From contig CBDDCF010000026.1 of assembly GCA_965225995.1 (NCBI GenBank), positions 106,172 through 170,171 on the forward strand: DNA of 64,000 nucleotides, given 5' to 3'. The position numbers were made by a program, and so were the translations under genes. Each line of letters begins with the position of its first letter. Positions within the stretch are counted from its first letter, which is position 1. The notes beneath the pieces were generated by a model. It had not been told where the DNA came from. It saw only the letters and a program-made list of their open reading frames with translations, and did not search any database. This document shows positions 1-10,836 of the stretch, one piece after another. The stretch is from Acidobacteriota bacterium (GTDB taxonomy: Bacteria; Acidobacteriota; UBA6911; RPQK01; CBDDCF01).

Positions 1-343
1 CATCGGTATCACAGAACTCGCCCACCATGTCTCCGGCATCGTTGATTCCCGCAACTGAAGTGCCACAGTTGAGTGAGTTGAAATAGAAGAAACCGTACTC
101 GACTGTAGGTTGACATGAATTCTCCTTCTTCGAGCCCTTTCTCGGGCCGGGCAATATACGGATCACTTGGTCGGCATTCTGAATAGCCCATGGCGGCAGA
201 AAAGCCACTTCGGGTTTCCTCAAGAAAACCTCAGGCTTTCCTTCTAGGATTGACGAATCTCGTTAACAAGAGACGTGGGCGGTGCGTAGAGAGATCGTCG
301 AAGTTTCCCGGCAATCAAGCAGAGAAACCATTCGGAAGAGAGG

Positions 344-1816
344 GTGTGGATGCTGCGACGGCCGGCAACTCTTTGGTTCACATCGCTCCTGCTGTTACTT
401 GGACACGGGGCGCGTGGACAGGTTTCTGGAGCCTCCGAGCTGACCCCCCAAATGCACTTCTTCAAGGCCGACAATGGCGAGCAAGTTAAAGCTCAGAAAG
501 GCCTTCTCTGGGTCCCCGAAAATCGACTGAAACCGGACAGTCGATCCATCCCGATCCACTTTATTCGGTTTCCCAGCACGGCCGGCCAGCCGGACTCTCC
601 GATCGTCTTCTTACCAGCTGGGCCGGACAGTTCTGGAATTGAAGTCGCCCGAGGATCGAACTTCTCCGTTTTCATGGCTCTGAGGGCCGTCTCCGATGTC
701 ATTGTTTTTGACCAGCGCGGGACTGGATCGGAAGCCATGTCCTGTGAGGACAGCATCCAGTTGCCTGTCGATCGTCCGGGAAGCTATGCGGCCGTTGTCG
801 CTGTTCTGGTCAAGAAGTCCATGCAGTGCAAGGCACTGTACGAAAGCCGGGGATATGACTTGTCCGGATACACGACCGTCGAGAGTGCGAATGATGTGGA
901 GGATCTCCGGCGAGCGCTGGGCATCGAGCGACTCAGCCTGTTCGGATATAGCTACGGCAGCCACTATGCGCTGACCATCCTAAAGCTCTTTGATGACAAC
1001 ATTGACAGAGTGATTGTGGCTTCTGTTGAGGGGCCGGACCACACCTTCAAACTTCCCAAAAGCTTTGATGATCATCTGGATGACCTGAGTCTACTCCTGC
1101 AGACGAACCCGAAATTCGGCGACTCAATCAGCGACTTGCGAGAGACACTGCGAATCGTGCTGCAACGACTCGAGGAGAAGCCGGTGGTGGTCTCGATCAC
1201 TGATGACAAAACGGGCAAGAAGGTGAGCCTGCCAATTGGAAAATTCGACGTTCAATTACTGATCATGGCCTCGCTGGGAAGAGAAAAGAATCTGGCGCCC
1301 CTACCCACCATGTTGCACCAGTTGGGTCAAGGGGATTTCTTGAGCCTGGCCAAACGGCTCTACCAGATCAAGAGCCGGGGCCTGAGACTCTCCGCGATGG
1401 GGATCATGATGGATGGCGCTTCTGGCGCCTCCGAGGCAAGACTCGGGCAAATCCGCCTGGAAGCGGAGACAAGCCCCTTGGGCCGGGTCATGAACTTTCC
1501 TTTTCCAGAGCTTGGAAATGCCTGGGGAGCTCCCGATCTGGGGCCGGAATTTCGAGCCCCGGTCCAGTCGAATCGACCGGTGCTCATTATCAGCGGAACC
1601 ATGGATGCTCGCACTCCAGTGAGGAATGGTGAGGAGCTAGCTCGCGGGCTACCTAACAGCCAGCACATCATCGTGACAGGGGCAGGCCATGCCAGTTCAT
1701 ACCTGACTTCTTCGCCAGAGATCGTGGATGTGATGCTTGGATTTCTGAAGGGTCAGTCTGTCCCGAGTCTGCACCTGCGGGGTCCGGAACTCGTGTTTGA
1801 CGAAATCCAATACTGA
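344..1816 (+). CDS. secreted alpha/beta hydrolase (S33 prolyl aminopeptidase-like)
   Basis: 490-aa ORF. N-terminal signal peptide (LLLLLGHGARGQ). Nucleophile elbow GYSYGS (GxSxG). Overall abhydrolase pattern. Confidence 0.7.
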   Translation: MWMLRRPATLWFTSLLLLLGHGARGQVSGASELTPQMHFFKADNGEQVKAQKGLLWVPENRLKPDSRSIPIHFIRFPSTAGQPDSPIVFLPAGPDSSGIEVARGSNFSVFMALRAVSDVIVFDQRGTGSEAMSCEDSIQLPVDRPGSYAAVVAVLVKKSMQCKALYESRGYDLSGYTTVESANDVEDLRRALGIERLSLFGYSYGSHYALTILKLFDDNIDRVIVASVEGPDHTFKLPKSFDDHLDDLSLLLQTNPKFGDSISDLRETLRIVLQRLEEKPVVVSITDDKTGKKVSLPIGKFDVQLLIMASLGREKNLAPLPTMLHQLGQGDFLSLAKRLYQIKSRGLRLSAMGIMMDGASGASEARLGQIRLEAETSPLGRVMNFPFPELGNAWGAPDLGPEFRAPVQSNRPVLIISGTMDARTPVRNGEELARGLPNSQHIIVTGAGHASSYLTSSPEIVDVMLGFLKGQSVPSLHLRGPELVFDEIQY

Positions 1817-2139
1817 CCAAGTCTCAGTTGAGAACTCGGAGTATCGGAGCTTAGGAACTGGGTGCCTTCCGCTCACGATCGTTCTTCCGCTCCCCTCTCC
1901 CGCGTTGTCACTTTCCCGTCTGGCTCTCAGTTTGGTGTAGTTGGGAATTGGAACCCTGACTCCTTGGAGCCCTTCCCGCCTTTGGTAAAGAAGTGGCCCC
2001 TCCCAAAGACTTGCAATGGGATCCAAGATGGACTTCAATGATTGCTAGATATTGCTCTGAGGGACCGGCCTAAGTACCCGAGGAAGTCCGATCCTCAATC
2101 TGGTTCTAAGAGTGCCGCCCCAGAAACGAGGTCAAGCCC

Positions 2140-3837
2140 ATGTCCAAAAGTACCCGCCGTCTCTTTCTTCAATCTGGGGCTACCGCCGGTTTGGCCGTGG
2201 CGGCTGGCTGCCAGACTTCTCCTTCTGGGGAGAGGGCAGCGCAAACCGTCAGTCACCATCCCGACCTTATCCTGATTAAGGGACAGGTCTATACGGTGGA
2301 CGACAATCAGCCTCAGGCCGAGGCTTTTGCCGTCAAGAACGGTCGCTTTGTGGCGGTGGGAAGCGAATCTGACATTGCACATCTGGCGGGTCCCGGTACT
2401 GAGGTCATCGATGCCGCCGGAATGACCGTCACTCCCGGATTCATCGATACTCACTGTCATCCCAGCGGGGTGCGCGAGCTGACAGGAGTCAACGTGAACC
2501 TGAGATCGATCGTTGAGATTCAAGAGGTACTGCGGAGAAAAGCGGCTGACACGGAACCGGGTTACTGGGTCAGCGGGTATATGTACGACGACACCAAGCT
2601 CAACGAGGGACGCCCGGTGAGCCGGCGCGACTTGGATGAGGCGGTTCCCGATCATCCTGCCATGGTCGGACATCGAGGCGGCCATACGGGTGTCTACAAC
2701 AGCAAGGCTTTCGAACTAGCAGGTGTGACGGCCCGGACTCCAGATCCGAGAGGAGGGAAATTCTATCGGGAGAACGGAGAGCTGGCCGGGAAGGTGGCTG
2801 AGCGCGCCCGTTCCGTCTTCAACGGCGTGGGAAAGAGGGAAGAAGTAACGCGGGAGACCCGCCGGGCTGGGGTCAAATTCATTTCCCAGGAGATGACCAA
2901 AGCTGGCATCACCTCGGTTCACCAGACGGGAGGGAGTCAGAGCGCTCTCACGGCTCTGCAAGATGCCTACACAGCAGGAGAATTGCGTTTCCGAATGTAT
3001 TTCTTTCCCTCGGGTGGCGGAAGTCTCTTTCGGGCCCTGTTGCAGGCCGGGGTTCGCACCGGTTTTGGAAACGAATGGCTCCGTATCGGAGCGGTCAAGT
3101 TTGGGGCCGACGGCTCGGCCTCGGAACGGACGATGCGGATGTCGACACCCTACGTCGGGCGTCCCGACGATTACGGCATCCTGACGATGTCTCAAGAGGA
3201 GATTCACGAGGCAGTGGAGGAAGCGCACCGGGCCGGCTATCAGATCGGAATCCATGCCAACGGAGATGTCACCATCGACATGGTCCTCAAGGCCTATGAA
3301 AGGGTGCAGGAATTGTGGCCACGCACTGATCCTCGCCATCGAATCGAGCATTGTTCCCTGGTCAATCCGGAGCTCCTGCGACGCATCAAAGCGGTGGGAG
3401 CAATTCCGACACCTTTTTACACCTATGTTCACTACCATGGGAATAAATGGGTCGAGTACGGCCAGGAGAAGATGCGATGGATGTTTGCCCACCGCTCTTT
3501 TCTCGACTCCGGAATCCCGGTGGCCGGAGCCTCCGACTACATGCCAGGCCCCTATGAGCCGCTGATGGCGCTTCAGAGCATGGTCACGCGCAAGGATTTC
3601 GAGGGTCGTGTTTGGGGGGAGAACCAGCGTGTCAGCCTTGACGAAGCGTTGCGCATCTGTACCCTCAACGGCGCCCATGCTTCTTTCGAAGAGGACCTCA
3701 AGGGGTCGATCACTGCCGGCAAACTGGCAGACTTTGTCGTCCTGGCCACAGATCCACACTCCGTCGATCCAGACCAGATCAAGCAGATCGCGGTGGCTCG
3801 GACTGTGGTGGGAGGTCGCACCATGTATAAAGGGTGA
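2140..3837 (+). CDS. amidohydrolase-family metal-dependent hydrolase, Tat-exported
   Basis: 565-aa ORF. Twin-arginine motif TRRLFLQ followed by lipobox-like AAGC. Metal-binding GFIDTHCHP motif typical of the amidohydrolase_3 family. Confidence 0.75.
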   Translation: MSKSTRRLFLQSGATAGLAVAAGCQTSPSGERAAQTVSHHPDLILIKGQVYTVDDNQPQAEAFAVKNGRFVAVGSESDIAHLAGPGTEVIDAAGMTVTPGFIDTHCHPSGVRELTGVNVNLRSIVEIQEVLRRKAADTEPGYWVSGYMYDDTKLNEGRPVSRRDLDEAVPDHPAMVGHRGGHTGVYNSKAFELAGVTARTPDPRGGKFYRENGELAGKVAERARSVFNGVGKREEVTRETRRAGVKFISQEMTKAGITSVHQTGGSQSALTALQDAYTAGELRFRMYFFPSGGGSLFRALLQAGVRTGFGNEWLRIGAVKFGADGSASERTMRMSTPYVGRPDDYGILTMSQEEIHEAVEEAHRAGYQIGIHANGDVTIDMVLKAYERVQELWPRTDPRHRIEHCSLVNPELLRRIKAVGAIPTPFYTYVHYHGNKWVEYGQEKMRWMFAHRSFLDSGIPVAGASDYMPGPYEPLMALQSMVTRKDFEGRVWGENQRVSLDEALRICTLNGAHASFEEDLKGSITAGKLADFVVLATDPHSVDPDQIKQIAVARTVVGGRTMYKG

Positions 3838-3841
3838 AGAC

Positions 3842-4252
3842 ATGGGTTCAGATTCAAGCTCCAGGCTAGACCTCAAAGTCCTGTTCCGGCTGATTGGATC
3901 CTCCTCTCTACTGGCCCTGATTTTCGTCGCAGCCCCTCGATCCTGGATGGAGTCGATCCACTTGCAGTCGGGAATGGGGCAACTTCCTGAAGGACCCGTG
4001 GTGGGCTATCTGGCCCGCTCGCTCTCGGCGTTCTACGCGCTGATGGGTGGCCTGTTCTGGGTCATCTCGTTTGATCTCGACCGCAACCGTATCGTGGTGT
4101 CCTATCTCGGCCGCGCTATCGTGATCCTGGGGGTCATCCTGATCGGGGTGGATTGGTGGGAAGGGCTGCCTTTTTTCTGGAAGCTGTGGGAAGGACCTTT
4201 CATGATCGTGATGGGTTTGCTCATCTGGTCATGGAGTCGCCGTCTGGCTTGA
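3842..4252 (+). CDS. small hydrophobic membrane protein (hypothetical)
   Basis: ATG at 3842, in frame with the 3608..4252 ORF. About 136 aa with 3-4 predicted TM helices. Immediately downstream of the amidohydrolase. Confidence 0.35.
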   Translation: MGSDSSSRLDLKVLFRLIGSSSLLALIFVAAPRSWMESIHLQSGMGQLPEGPVVGYLARSLSAFYALMGGLFWVISFDLDRNRIVVSYLGRAIVILGVILIGVDWWEGLPFFWKLWEGPFMIVMGLLIWSWSRRLA

Positions 4253-4521
4253 TCCTCTTCGGCTCGATTATCTGAGAGTACCGCTCGGAAAATGTCCTCG
4301 AGATTCCGTCGAGATTGCCAGAGATTTGGCCGCCCAATTTTCCTGCAATGACGATTCTGAGCACACTCCCCACCGGGGGGCGCGAGAGCCCCTAGTATTA
4401 ATAACGTTTGAATCCCGAAAAGTGCGAACATCAGCCTCGAGAAATCGCAGGCCGGATCTTCAGACTTGGCTATACTTGGAGCATCGCAAGAACTGCCTCT
4501 ATCCGTGGACGACTGTCCGTC

Positions 4522-5760
4522 ATGATGTTTCTGCAGTACGCCGTGTGGGGGGCTTGGTTGCCCGTTCTGGCCCGCTACCTGTCTGCTTCCGCGGAGGAAG
4601 GGGGTCTCGGCTTCAGCGGATCCGAAATCGGGATGATCATCGGACTGGGTGGATCAGTCGGAGCTCTGTCTGCTCCGTTTATCGCCGGTCAACTAACTGA
4701 TCGCTACTTCAGTAGCGAACGTTTTCTAGCCGTTCTCTTACTGGTGGGTGGGATTATCCAATGGCTCACCGCTTTGCAGGTGACCTACGCAGGTTGGCTG
4801 TGGTTTTCGATTGCCTACAGTGTGGTCTTCATGCCGACCCTGGCTCTCTCTAATTCTCTGGCCTTCGCCCACCTGCGTGACAAAGAGCACGACTTTCCTA
4901 GAGTTCGCGTCTGGGGCTCAATCGGCTGGATCGCTGCCAGTTGGATTTTCCCCATGATCTGGCTACAGAGCGGCCTCACTTTTCAATGGATGCCGCCCTT
5001 CTTGGCAGGGCCGGAGGGGCCGAATGTAACGGCTCGGCTGGTCGATGGTCTCAAGTTCTCGGCCATTATTTCCATTGCTTACGCCGCCTTCTGCCTTGTG
5101 CTCCCGCACACACCTGCCATGCGGGAAGGAGTGCAACCACTGGCCTTTGCCAAAGCCTTCGGGCTCTTTCGCAATCGATCATTCACCGTCCTCGTCGCCG
5201 CCAGCCTGCCGATCAGTGTGATCCATCAGATCTACTTCATGCAGACTGCGCCTTTCCTGGCTTCTCTCGGGTTGAGCGACAGCCGGATTGGTCCAGTGAT
5301 GTCGATCGCTCAATTCGGTGAGATCGGAGTGATGGTGCTACTTGGACGGCTGCTCTCCCGGCTGGGTTTCCGATGGGTCTTTTTGGTCGGAGCGCTGGCC
5401 TTCTCTCTGCGCTATCTGGTCTTCGCAACCCAGGGACTACCCCTCGAAGTCATCATCGTCTCTCAGGTGCTCAACGGTTTTAGTTTTGTCTGTTTTTTTG
5501 CCGCCAGCTTTATCTATGTTGACCAACTTGCCGACAGCGACATTCGTCATTCTGCGCAGACGGTCTTCGGTATTGTCATCCTTGGAGGTGGCCCTGCTAT
5601 CGCGGGATGGCTCTCTGGATTCCTTCAGGAGCTCTTCACAGTAGGATCGATCTTCGATTTTTCAAAGTTCTGGTACACACTCTCAGCCATAGGTCTCGCG
5701 ACCGGGCTCTGCTTGCTAATCCTTTTTCGAGATGAAAGACCTCACCTGCGTGATTCATAA
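4522..5760 (+). CDS. MFS transporter, nucleoside:H+ symporter (NupG/XapB-like) family
   Basis: N-terminus MMFLQYAVWGAWLPVLARYLSA resembles the NupG N-terminus (LSFLQFCLWGSWLTTLGSYM). About 12 TM segments. The ORF 4408..5760 probably starts at the internal MM at 4522. Confidence 0.65.
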   Translation: MMFLQYAVWGAWLPVLARYLSASAEEGGLGFSGSEIGMIIGLGGSVGALSAPFIAGQLTDRYFSSERFLAVLLLVGGIIQWLTALQVTYAGWLWFSIAYSVVFMPTLALSNSLAFAHLRDKEHDFPRVRVWGSIGWIAASWIFPMIWLQSGLTFQWMPPFLAGPEGPNVTARLVDGLKFSAIISIAYAAFCLVLPHTPAMREGVQPLAFAKAFGLFRNRSFTVLVAASLPISVIHQIYFMQTAPFLASLGLSDSRIGPVMSIAQFGEIGVMVLLGRLLSRLGFRWVFLVGALAFSLRYLVFATQGLPLEVIIVSQVLNGFSFVCFFAASFIYVDQLADSDIRHSAQTVFGIVILGGGPAIAGWLSGFLQELFTVGSIFDFSKFWYTLSAIGLATGLCLLILFRDERPHLRDS

Positions 5761-5990
5761 GGTGAATGCAATCGTCAAGTGGAGCGTGTCATCGTCAGGA
5801 AGAAGAATGCGCCGATCAGAGAAGCGGTAATGAATCGGACGTTGGCGTTCTTCCTTGGTAGACGGGGGCGTCTTGCGGGCTAGGAGCCTGCAACGCCGCT
5901 GCTAGCGGAAGGTTGGCACAACATATCGGGGAAGAGTCTACGACAACCTCACCCCTTGACAAACGATAGATTGCACGATTCCATCGTGGA

Positions 5991-6760
5991 ATGAGTGACT
6001 ACCGATATCCCGAGCATCGAGACCCCCAGGTCAGGCCTCGCTATCTAGGCCTTCCGACTTTCTTCCGAGCGCCATACAAGGAAGATCTCAGCCAGATCGA
6101 CATCGGGCTGGTGGGAGTTCCCTTTGATTTCGGAGTGACGAACCGTCCCGGGACAAGGCATGGCCCGCGCGAGATTCGAAATCAGTCCAGTCTGATTCGA
6201 AAGATGAATCAAGCAACCGGTGTCCACCCGTGGAAATTGGCCCGTGTTGCCGATATTGGAGACGCTTGGGCAGAGATGCCATTTTCCTTGGAAAAGGCCC
6301 TTGCGGAGATCGAACAGCACTTCGAACGTGTGCTCGATCCCAAACGAACCGTGCAGATTGGAATACGAGGCAGTCTAAGCACGCCAGACTTCTGGAAGTT
6401 CAGCCACGACAGTGGAATGCGTGTGGTGTACATGGAAGAACTCTTTAAAAGGGGAGTTCGCGAGGTCGTAGAGGAAGCCCGGCAAATCGTAGGTGCGGGT
6501 CCTACTTACATCAGCTTCGATGTCGATGGGCTGGATCCCGCCTTTGCGCCAGGCACCGGGACTCCCGAGGTGGGAGGCTTTTGAACGATTGAGGCTCAGT
6601 ACATGCTGAGGCGACTCCAGGGCCTCAATTTAGTAGGTGGCGATGTTGTTGAGGTGTCTCCGCCTTTTGATCCGAGCGGGAATACAGCCCTGGTGGGGGC
6701 CACCATGATGTTCGAGATTCTATGTGTAGTGGCCGCCCGACCGGGGGCCTCGGCTAGTCA
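5991..6760 (+). pseudogene. speB: agmatinase/arginase-family ureohydrolase interrupted by an in-frame TGA (6585-6587)
   Basis: ORFs 5991..6584 and 6603..7022 are in the same frame and are separated only by a TGA. The protein reads [29 protein letters not shown]...NLVGGDVVEVSPPFDPSGNTALVGATMMFEILC. This matches SpeB/arginase motifs across the stop. The C-terminal end is uncertain, because the ORF reads on into a REP-like repeat. Confidence 0.7.
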
Positions 6761-6837
6761 GGAGCTTCGGAGAGCAAAAGCCAGAGTCCTGGTGCCGACG
6801 AGGTTCCCACGGATCATTCCAGCCGAAGGCCTTGGAG

Positions 6838-6905
6838 TGCGGAGTGCAGCTCCGCTGCCTTGTTCACAAGGCGCCGATTCTCGGCGCACTCCAAGGCGCC
6901 TTCGG
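6838..6905. repeat. REP-like palindromic element (GGCGCCTTGGAGTGCGC family)
   Basis: Palindrome ggagtgcagctccgctgcc...ggcgcactccaaggcgcc. Related copies at about 13268-13320, 19868-19960, 43695-43730 and 49140-49165. Confidence 0.6.
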
Positions 6906-7331
6906 CGCAAAAACAAATCAAGTTTCAGCTCACCCCGGGCTGCGCTCTGCGTTCGAATGCCACCACCTGTTCCAGGAACTGGATCGTCACTTCGGGCGGC
7001 ATGTTGGGATTGGAGTAACTGATGACCTTCCTCCCGCAGTTCGTCCAATTCCTTCTCCAGTTCCTCAGCCTGCTATGCTTAGGAAATATTCGACGACTGG
7101 CTCGTTAACCTGGATAATTCACGCGTTTTCGAAGCGAAGGGTCGGAAGCGCCGCTCTGACAAGGTTTCGTTCACGCCCGAAGGCTCCGCAGTCATAGTCA
7201 TGCACTCTGTCGAGGAGCCCGAGGGTGGGTAACGCAGTCAGAGCGGATGATCCCGGCCCTGCAGCCGACAACGCGTGCATTATCCGGGTTAAGATCCTGT
7301 CAGAAAGCAGGAACCTCAGAGAAGCACTCTC

Positions 7332-8759
7332 TTGAACCAAACACCACAGAATCTGAAAAAAGAGATCGGTCTTCGATCTCTTTTCATGCTCGCTTTCGGC
7401 ACCATCATTGGGGTGGGTTGGGTGACTGTGATGGGATCCTGGCTCGGACAGGCCGGATCATTGGGCGCCATCTTCGGGTTCCTCGGTGGAGGCTTGCTCA
7501 TGCTCGTCATTGCCGTCTGTTATGCCGAGGTGGCCGTGATGTTCCCGGTGTCGGGAGGGGAAGTAGCTTATGTCTATGAGATGTATGGTACTCGTCTGGC
7601 ATTTGCCGCCAGCTGGGCCTTGTCTTTCAACTACATTGTCACAACTGCCTTTGAGGCGATTTCGGTCGGTTGGGTCGCTAGCGCCCTCTTTCCGGGCATC
7701 GGAGGTCCTGTACTCTATTCCGTTTTGGGACAAGACATCGATCTCGGTAGCCTTCTCCTCGGATTTGGAATCATGACCGCAATTAGCTGGCTCAATTTTC
7801 AAGGTGCTCGGGCTGCCATCCGTTTTCAAGATCTGATGACTTTGATTCTGTTGCTGGCTTCCGGAATTTTCATCTTTGCCGGACTCAGCTTCGGTGACTA
7901 CCATAATCTGCAACCCTTCTTTGTTACAGCCGACTCCAACTGGAGATTGGCGGGTGTCTTGGGAGTAATGGCCTCAACGCCATTCTGGTTTGCTGGTTTT
8001 GACACCATCCCTCAGGCCATGGGGGAAGTTGCGGAGTCGGCGAGGTTGCGTCTGATTCCTGTAATCATCGTCCTCTCCATCCTGCTCTCGCTTGTCTTCT
8101 ATTGCCTGGTAATTCTGGCAGCTGCAGTGAGTATGCCGCGAGAGGAGCTGTTGGCAACTGAGTTGCCGGTCGCTGGGGCCCTCGAATCGGCCTTGAATTC
8201 TCCGATTCTTGGAAAGATCGTCCTTTTTGCCGGTCTTTGTGGTTTGATCACTACCTGGAATGCAGTCTTCTTTGCGTCAACGAGACTGCTCTATGCGCTG
8301 GGTCGAGGGCGGATGATCCCACCCATATTTGGCCAGGTGCATTCCGAGCGTGGCTCACCGGGCGTGGCGATTCTTTTCGTGGGAGCCGTGGGAGGCCTGG
8401 TCAGCTTGTTAGGGAGAAATGCCATCGTGCCCATCCTCAGTGCCGCTGCCGTTAATTTCACTTTTGTTTTCTTGCTGGTCAGCGTCGGTCTGATTCTGTT
8501 ACGTCGAAACCGTCCTGACTTCGACCGTCCCTTCCGAGCACCCGGAGTCCTCCCCTACCTGGCCGTCGGATCCTCCTTGCTGGTCCTTTGTTTGGCTATA
8601 TATGAACCTTTCAAGAGTTACACTGGAATTCTGCCGACTGCTTGGATCCTGATTCTCATCTGGGCTGGCTTGGGGGGGATCTTCTGGCTCTGGGCCGGTC
8701 GCACCCGAAATCAGATCAGTGAAGCTGAAAGACGGCGGTCGATCAGCGGAAGAGGTTGA
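7332..8759 (+). CDS. APC-family amino acid/polyamine permease
   Basis: 475 aa, 12 TM. N-terminal LFMLAFGTIIGVGW...FPVSGGEVAYVYE pattern typical of the APC superfamily. Confidence 0.8.
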   Translation: MNQTPQNLKKEIGLRSLFMLAFGTIIGVGWVTVMGSWLGQAGSLGAIFGFLGGGLLMLVIAVCYAEVAVMFPVSGGEVAYVYEMYGTRLAFAASWALSFNYIVTTAFEAISVGWVASALFPGIGGPVLYSVLGQDIDLGSLLLGFGIMTAISWLNFQGARAAIRFQDLMTLILLLASGIFIFAGLSFGDYHNLQPFFVTADSNWRLAGVLGVMASTPFWFAGFDTIPQAMGEVAESARLRLIPVIIVLSILLSLVFYCLVILAAAVSMPREELLATELPVAGALESALNSPILGKIVLFAGLCGLITTWNAVFFASTRLLYALGRGRMIPPIFGQVHSERGSPGVAILFVGAVGGLVSLLGRNAIVPILSAAAVNFTFVFLLVSVGLILLRRNRPDFDRPFRAPGVLPYLAVGSSLLVLCLAIYEPFKSYTGILPTAWILILIWAGLGGIFWLWAGRTRNQISEAERRRSISGRG

Positions 8760-8950
8760 CAGAGAGGGCTCCCAGATTGGCAGGCGGAATTTCGCGCAGC
8801 CCTTCAGGCTGCCTCGTCGGCTTCACCTGTCTACCCAGGGCGGGCGGTGCCCTGGGCTGTTATCGGGATCCGCCTTCGGCGCGAAGGAGGACTGTCTTGG
8901 CAAAGGGATCGGCCACCTAACACCTGTTCCCTTCGGGTTAGGGTTCCCCT

Positions 8951-9919
8951 TCAATACTGCGAAGGAGTCTCGGACAGGTCCAACATTTGCCGAGCCTGCG
9001 CCGGGCTGGCAACTTCGCGGTTGAGCTCGTGGGCAATCCGGACGGCCCGCTCCACCAACTGACGGTTGCTATCCGCTTTCTGGCCACGGGCGTAGTAGAC
9101 ATTGTCTTCCAGTCCGACCCGCACATGTCCTCCCATGAGTGTCGCCAGCGCTGTCATCGGAAGCTGGTAGGGACCGATGCCGGATGTGAGCCAGATCGAA
9201 TCCTGCGGGAGCTCACGCAACAGCTGAATCACGTTGTCTACGGTCGGGAAACTGGCGGTCTGATAGCCCATGACCGTCTGGATCCAGTAAGGCTTGTCGA
9301 CTAACCCATTACGGACCAGATCCTGCACCACGTGAATACCGCCCGTATGGTAAGTCTCCATCTCCGGCTTGATTCCGCGCTTCTTCATCTCTTCTGCAAA
9401 CTGATTGACTAGTCGGTAGCTGAAGGGGAGGCACTCGTCGTATTCCAGATCGCCGTGAGGATGGGGCAGAGGAGCGTCCCGAGCTTTGATTCTGAACTTG
9501 CTCATGTCGGGGGTGAGATTCAGAGAAGCCATCTCCGGCCCCGCATCCAGGCAAGAGAGGCGTTCGTCCATGGTCATGTCGGGACCGCCTCCGGTGGTGT
9601 CGTTGATGATGATGTCGGGGCAGCGCTCTCGAATCGCAGAGTTGACCTCTCTCCACACTTCTGTCGTGACTGCAGGTCCCCAGAGTTTCTCGGGGTTGCG
9701 GGCATGGACATGGACCATAGAGGCTCCAGCCTGGTAGGCTCCCTGGACTGAGTCGGCAATCTCACCCGGAGTCTCTGGAATGGCAGGATTGGCTTCTTTT
9801 CCCTGGATTCCTCCATTGCAGGCGCAACAGATCAATACCGGTGGCATACCGGTCTTCACCCGCTCCATGAACGCATACGCATCTGTATAAGCCCACGAAT
9901 CCTTGCCCCACTCGCTCAT
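8951..9919 (-). CDS. BKACE family beta-keto acid cleavage enzyme (3-keto-5-aminohexanoate cleavage enzyme-like, DUF849)
   Basis: 322 aa. Strong resemblance to Kce/DUF849 TIM-barrel proteins (HVHARNPE, GLEDNVYYARG motifs). Confidence 0.8.
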   Translation of the reverse strand: MSEWGKDSWAYTDAYAFMERVKTGMPPVLICCACNGGIQGKEANPAIPETPGEIADSVQGAYQAGASMVHVHARNPEKLWGPAVTTEVWREVNSAIRERCPDIIINDTTGGGPDMTMDERLSCLDAGPEMASLNLTPDMSKFRIKARDAPLPHPHGDLEYDECLPFSYRLVNQFAEEMKKRGIKPEMETYHTGGIHVVQDLVRNGLVDKPYWIQTVMGYQTASFPTVDNVIQLLRELPQDSIWLTSGIGPYQLPMTALATLMGGHVRVGLEDNVYYARGQKADSNRQLVERAVRIAHELNREVASPAQARQMLDLSETPSQY

Positions 9920-9921
9920 CG

Positions 9922-10836
9922 CTATTTCTCCTGTGTTTGCGACCCAGACTGGAGGAAACCCGGCTGCTCAAAAGCCGGATTCGGATATTCGTAGAATCCG
10001 CGACCCGTCTTGACCCCCAGTTGGCCTTGCTTGATCATCTCGTCCAGGAAGGTGGGAGGTCGATCTCGTTCGGCACCACTGTCCTGGTAGTAGACCATTT
10101 CGATATCCCGCACTACATCCAGGCCGATCAGGTCCATCAGGCCGCAGGGTCCGATCGGTGTATTCCAGTCGAGCATCCATCCCCGGTCCATTTCTTCTAC
10201 TGTAATGTGCCCTCCGGCCAAGAGGAAGAGGACCTCACGTTTGATAGCTCGCCACACTCGATTACAGGCATAACCCAGGATTTCTATCGGCACCAGGATG
10301 GGAATCATGCCCAGCTCCCGAACAAAAGTGAGACCAGACTCCAGAGTGTTCGATGAGGTCCCTGGGTGTGGCATGATCTCCACTTTCAAGTCGTCGATAG
10401 GGCCAAAGTTGAAATTAAAGACCCGGCCCGGACACCGGACGGCATCGGAAAGTCTCGATCCAGGAATAGAAGAGGTGTTGGTTCCGATGAGGCTGCCGTC
10501 TGGGGCGGCATGATCGATTTGGGAAAACACCGCTCTCTTCAAAGCCACGATTTCGGGGACGGTTTCGACAGTCAGGTCGGCCTCTGCAACACATTCATCG
10601 AGGCTGGCAGCAGGATGTAGCAGCCTCAGAGCTGCGTCTGACTGTCCCTTTGTCAGCCGCCCCCCCAGCTTCCGCTCTTCCAGCCAGGCTTCGATCTGCT
10701 GGCGAGCCTGTTGCACTGCTACCGAGCTGATGTCAAAGAGTCGAGTGTCAAAGCCCTTCGTTACACATTGATAGGCAATCCGGCGTCCCATTGTTCCGGC
10801 GCCGACGATTCCGACTTTCTTAATGCCCCTAGGCAT
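9922..10836 (-). CDS. 3-hydroxyacyl-CoA (3-hydroxybutyryl-CoA) dehydrogenase
   Basis: Rossmann motif VGIVGAGTMG at the probable start (ATG 10836). C-terminal 3HCDH domain. The stop is 3 nt from the BKACE start, so an operon is likely. Confidence 0.75.
   Translation of the reverse strand: MPRGIKKVGIVGAGTMGRRIAYQCVTKGFDTRLFDISSVAVQQARQQIEAWLEERKLGGRLTKGQSDAALRLLHPAASLDECVAEADLTVETVPEIVALKRAVFSQIDHAAPDGSLIGTNTSSIPGSRLSDAVRCPGRVFNFNFGPIDDLKVEIMPHPGTSSNTLESGLTFVRELGMIPILVPIEILGYACNRVWRAIKREVLFLLAGGHITVEEMDRGWMLDWNTPIGPCGLMDLIGLDVVRDIEMVYYQDSGAERDRPPTFLDEMIKQGQLGVKTGRGFYEYPNPAFEQPGFLQSGSQTQEK

Noticed and set aside
2716-3876. Long antisense ORFs, e.g. 2716..3876(-), 14447..14989(-), 15743..16375(-), 17908..18528(-), 22049..22561(-), 30477..31238(-), 31592..32572(-), 49453..49947(+)
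   Set aside because: They are fully embedded opposite well-supported genes, have no recognisable domains, and are typical open-frame artefacts of high-GC DNA.
6603-7022. C-terminal ~90 aa of ORF 6603..7022 as a genuine extension of the agmatinase
   Set aside because: Low-complexity, Arg/Pro-rich translation of a REP-like palindrome beyond the end of the ureohydrolase domain. More likely read-through after loss of the native stop.
8822-8850. GC-rich hairpin cccagggcgggcggtgccctggg after the APC permease, as a rho-independent terminator
   Set aside because: The stem is present but there is no downstream T-tract. It cannot be distinguished from a chance palindrome in high-GC DNA.
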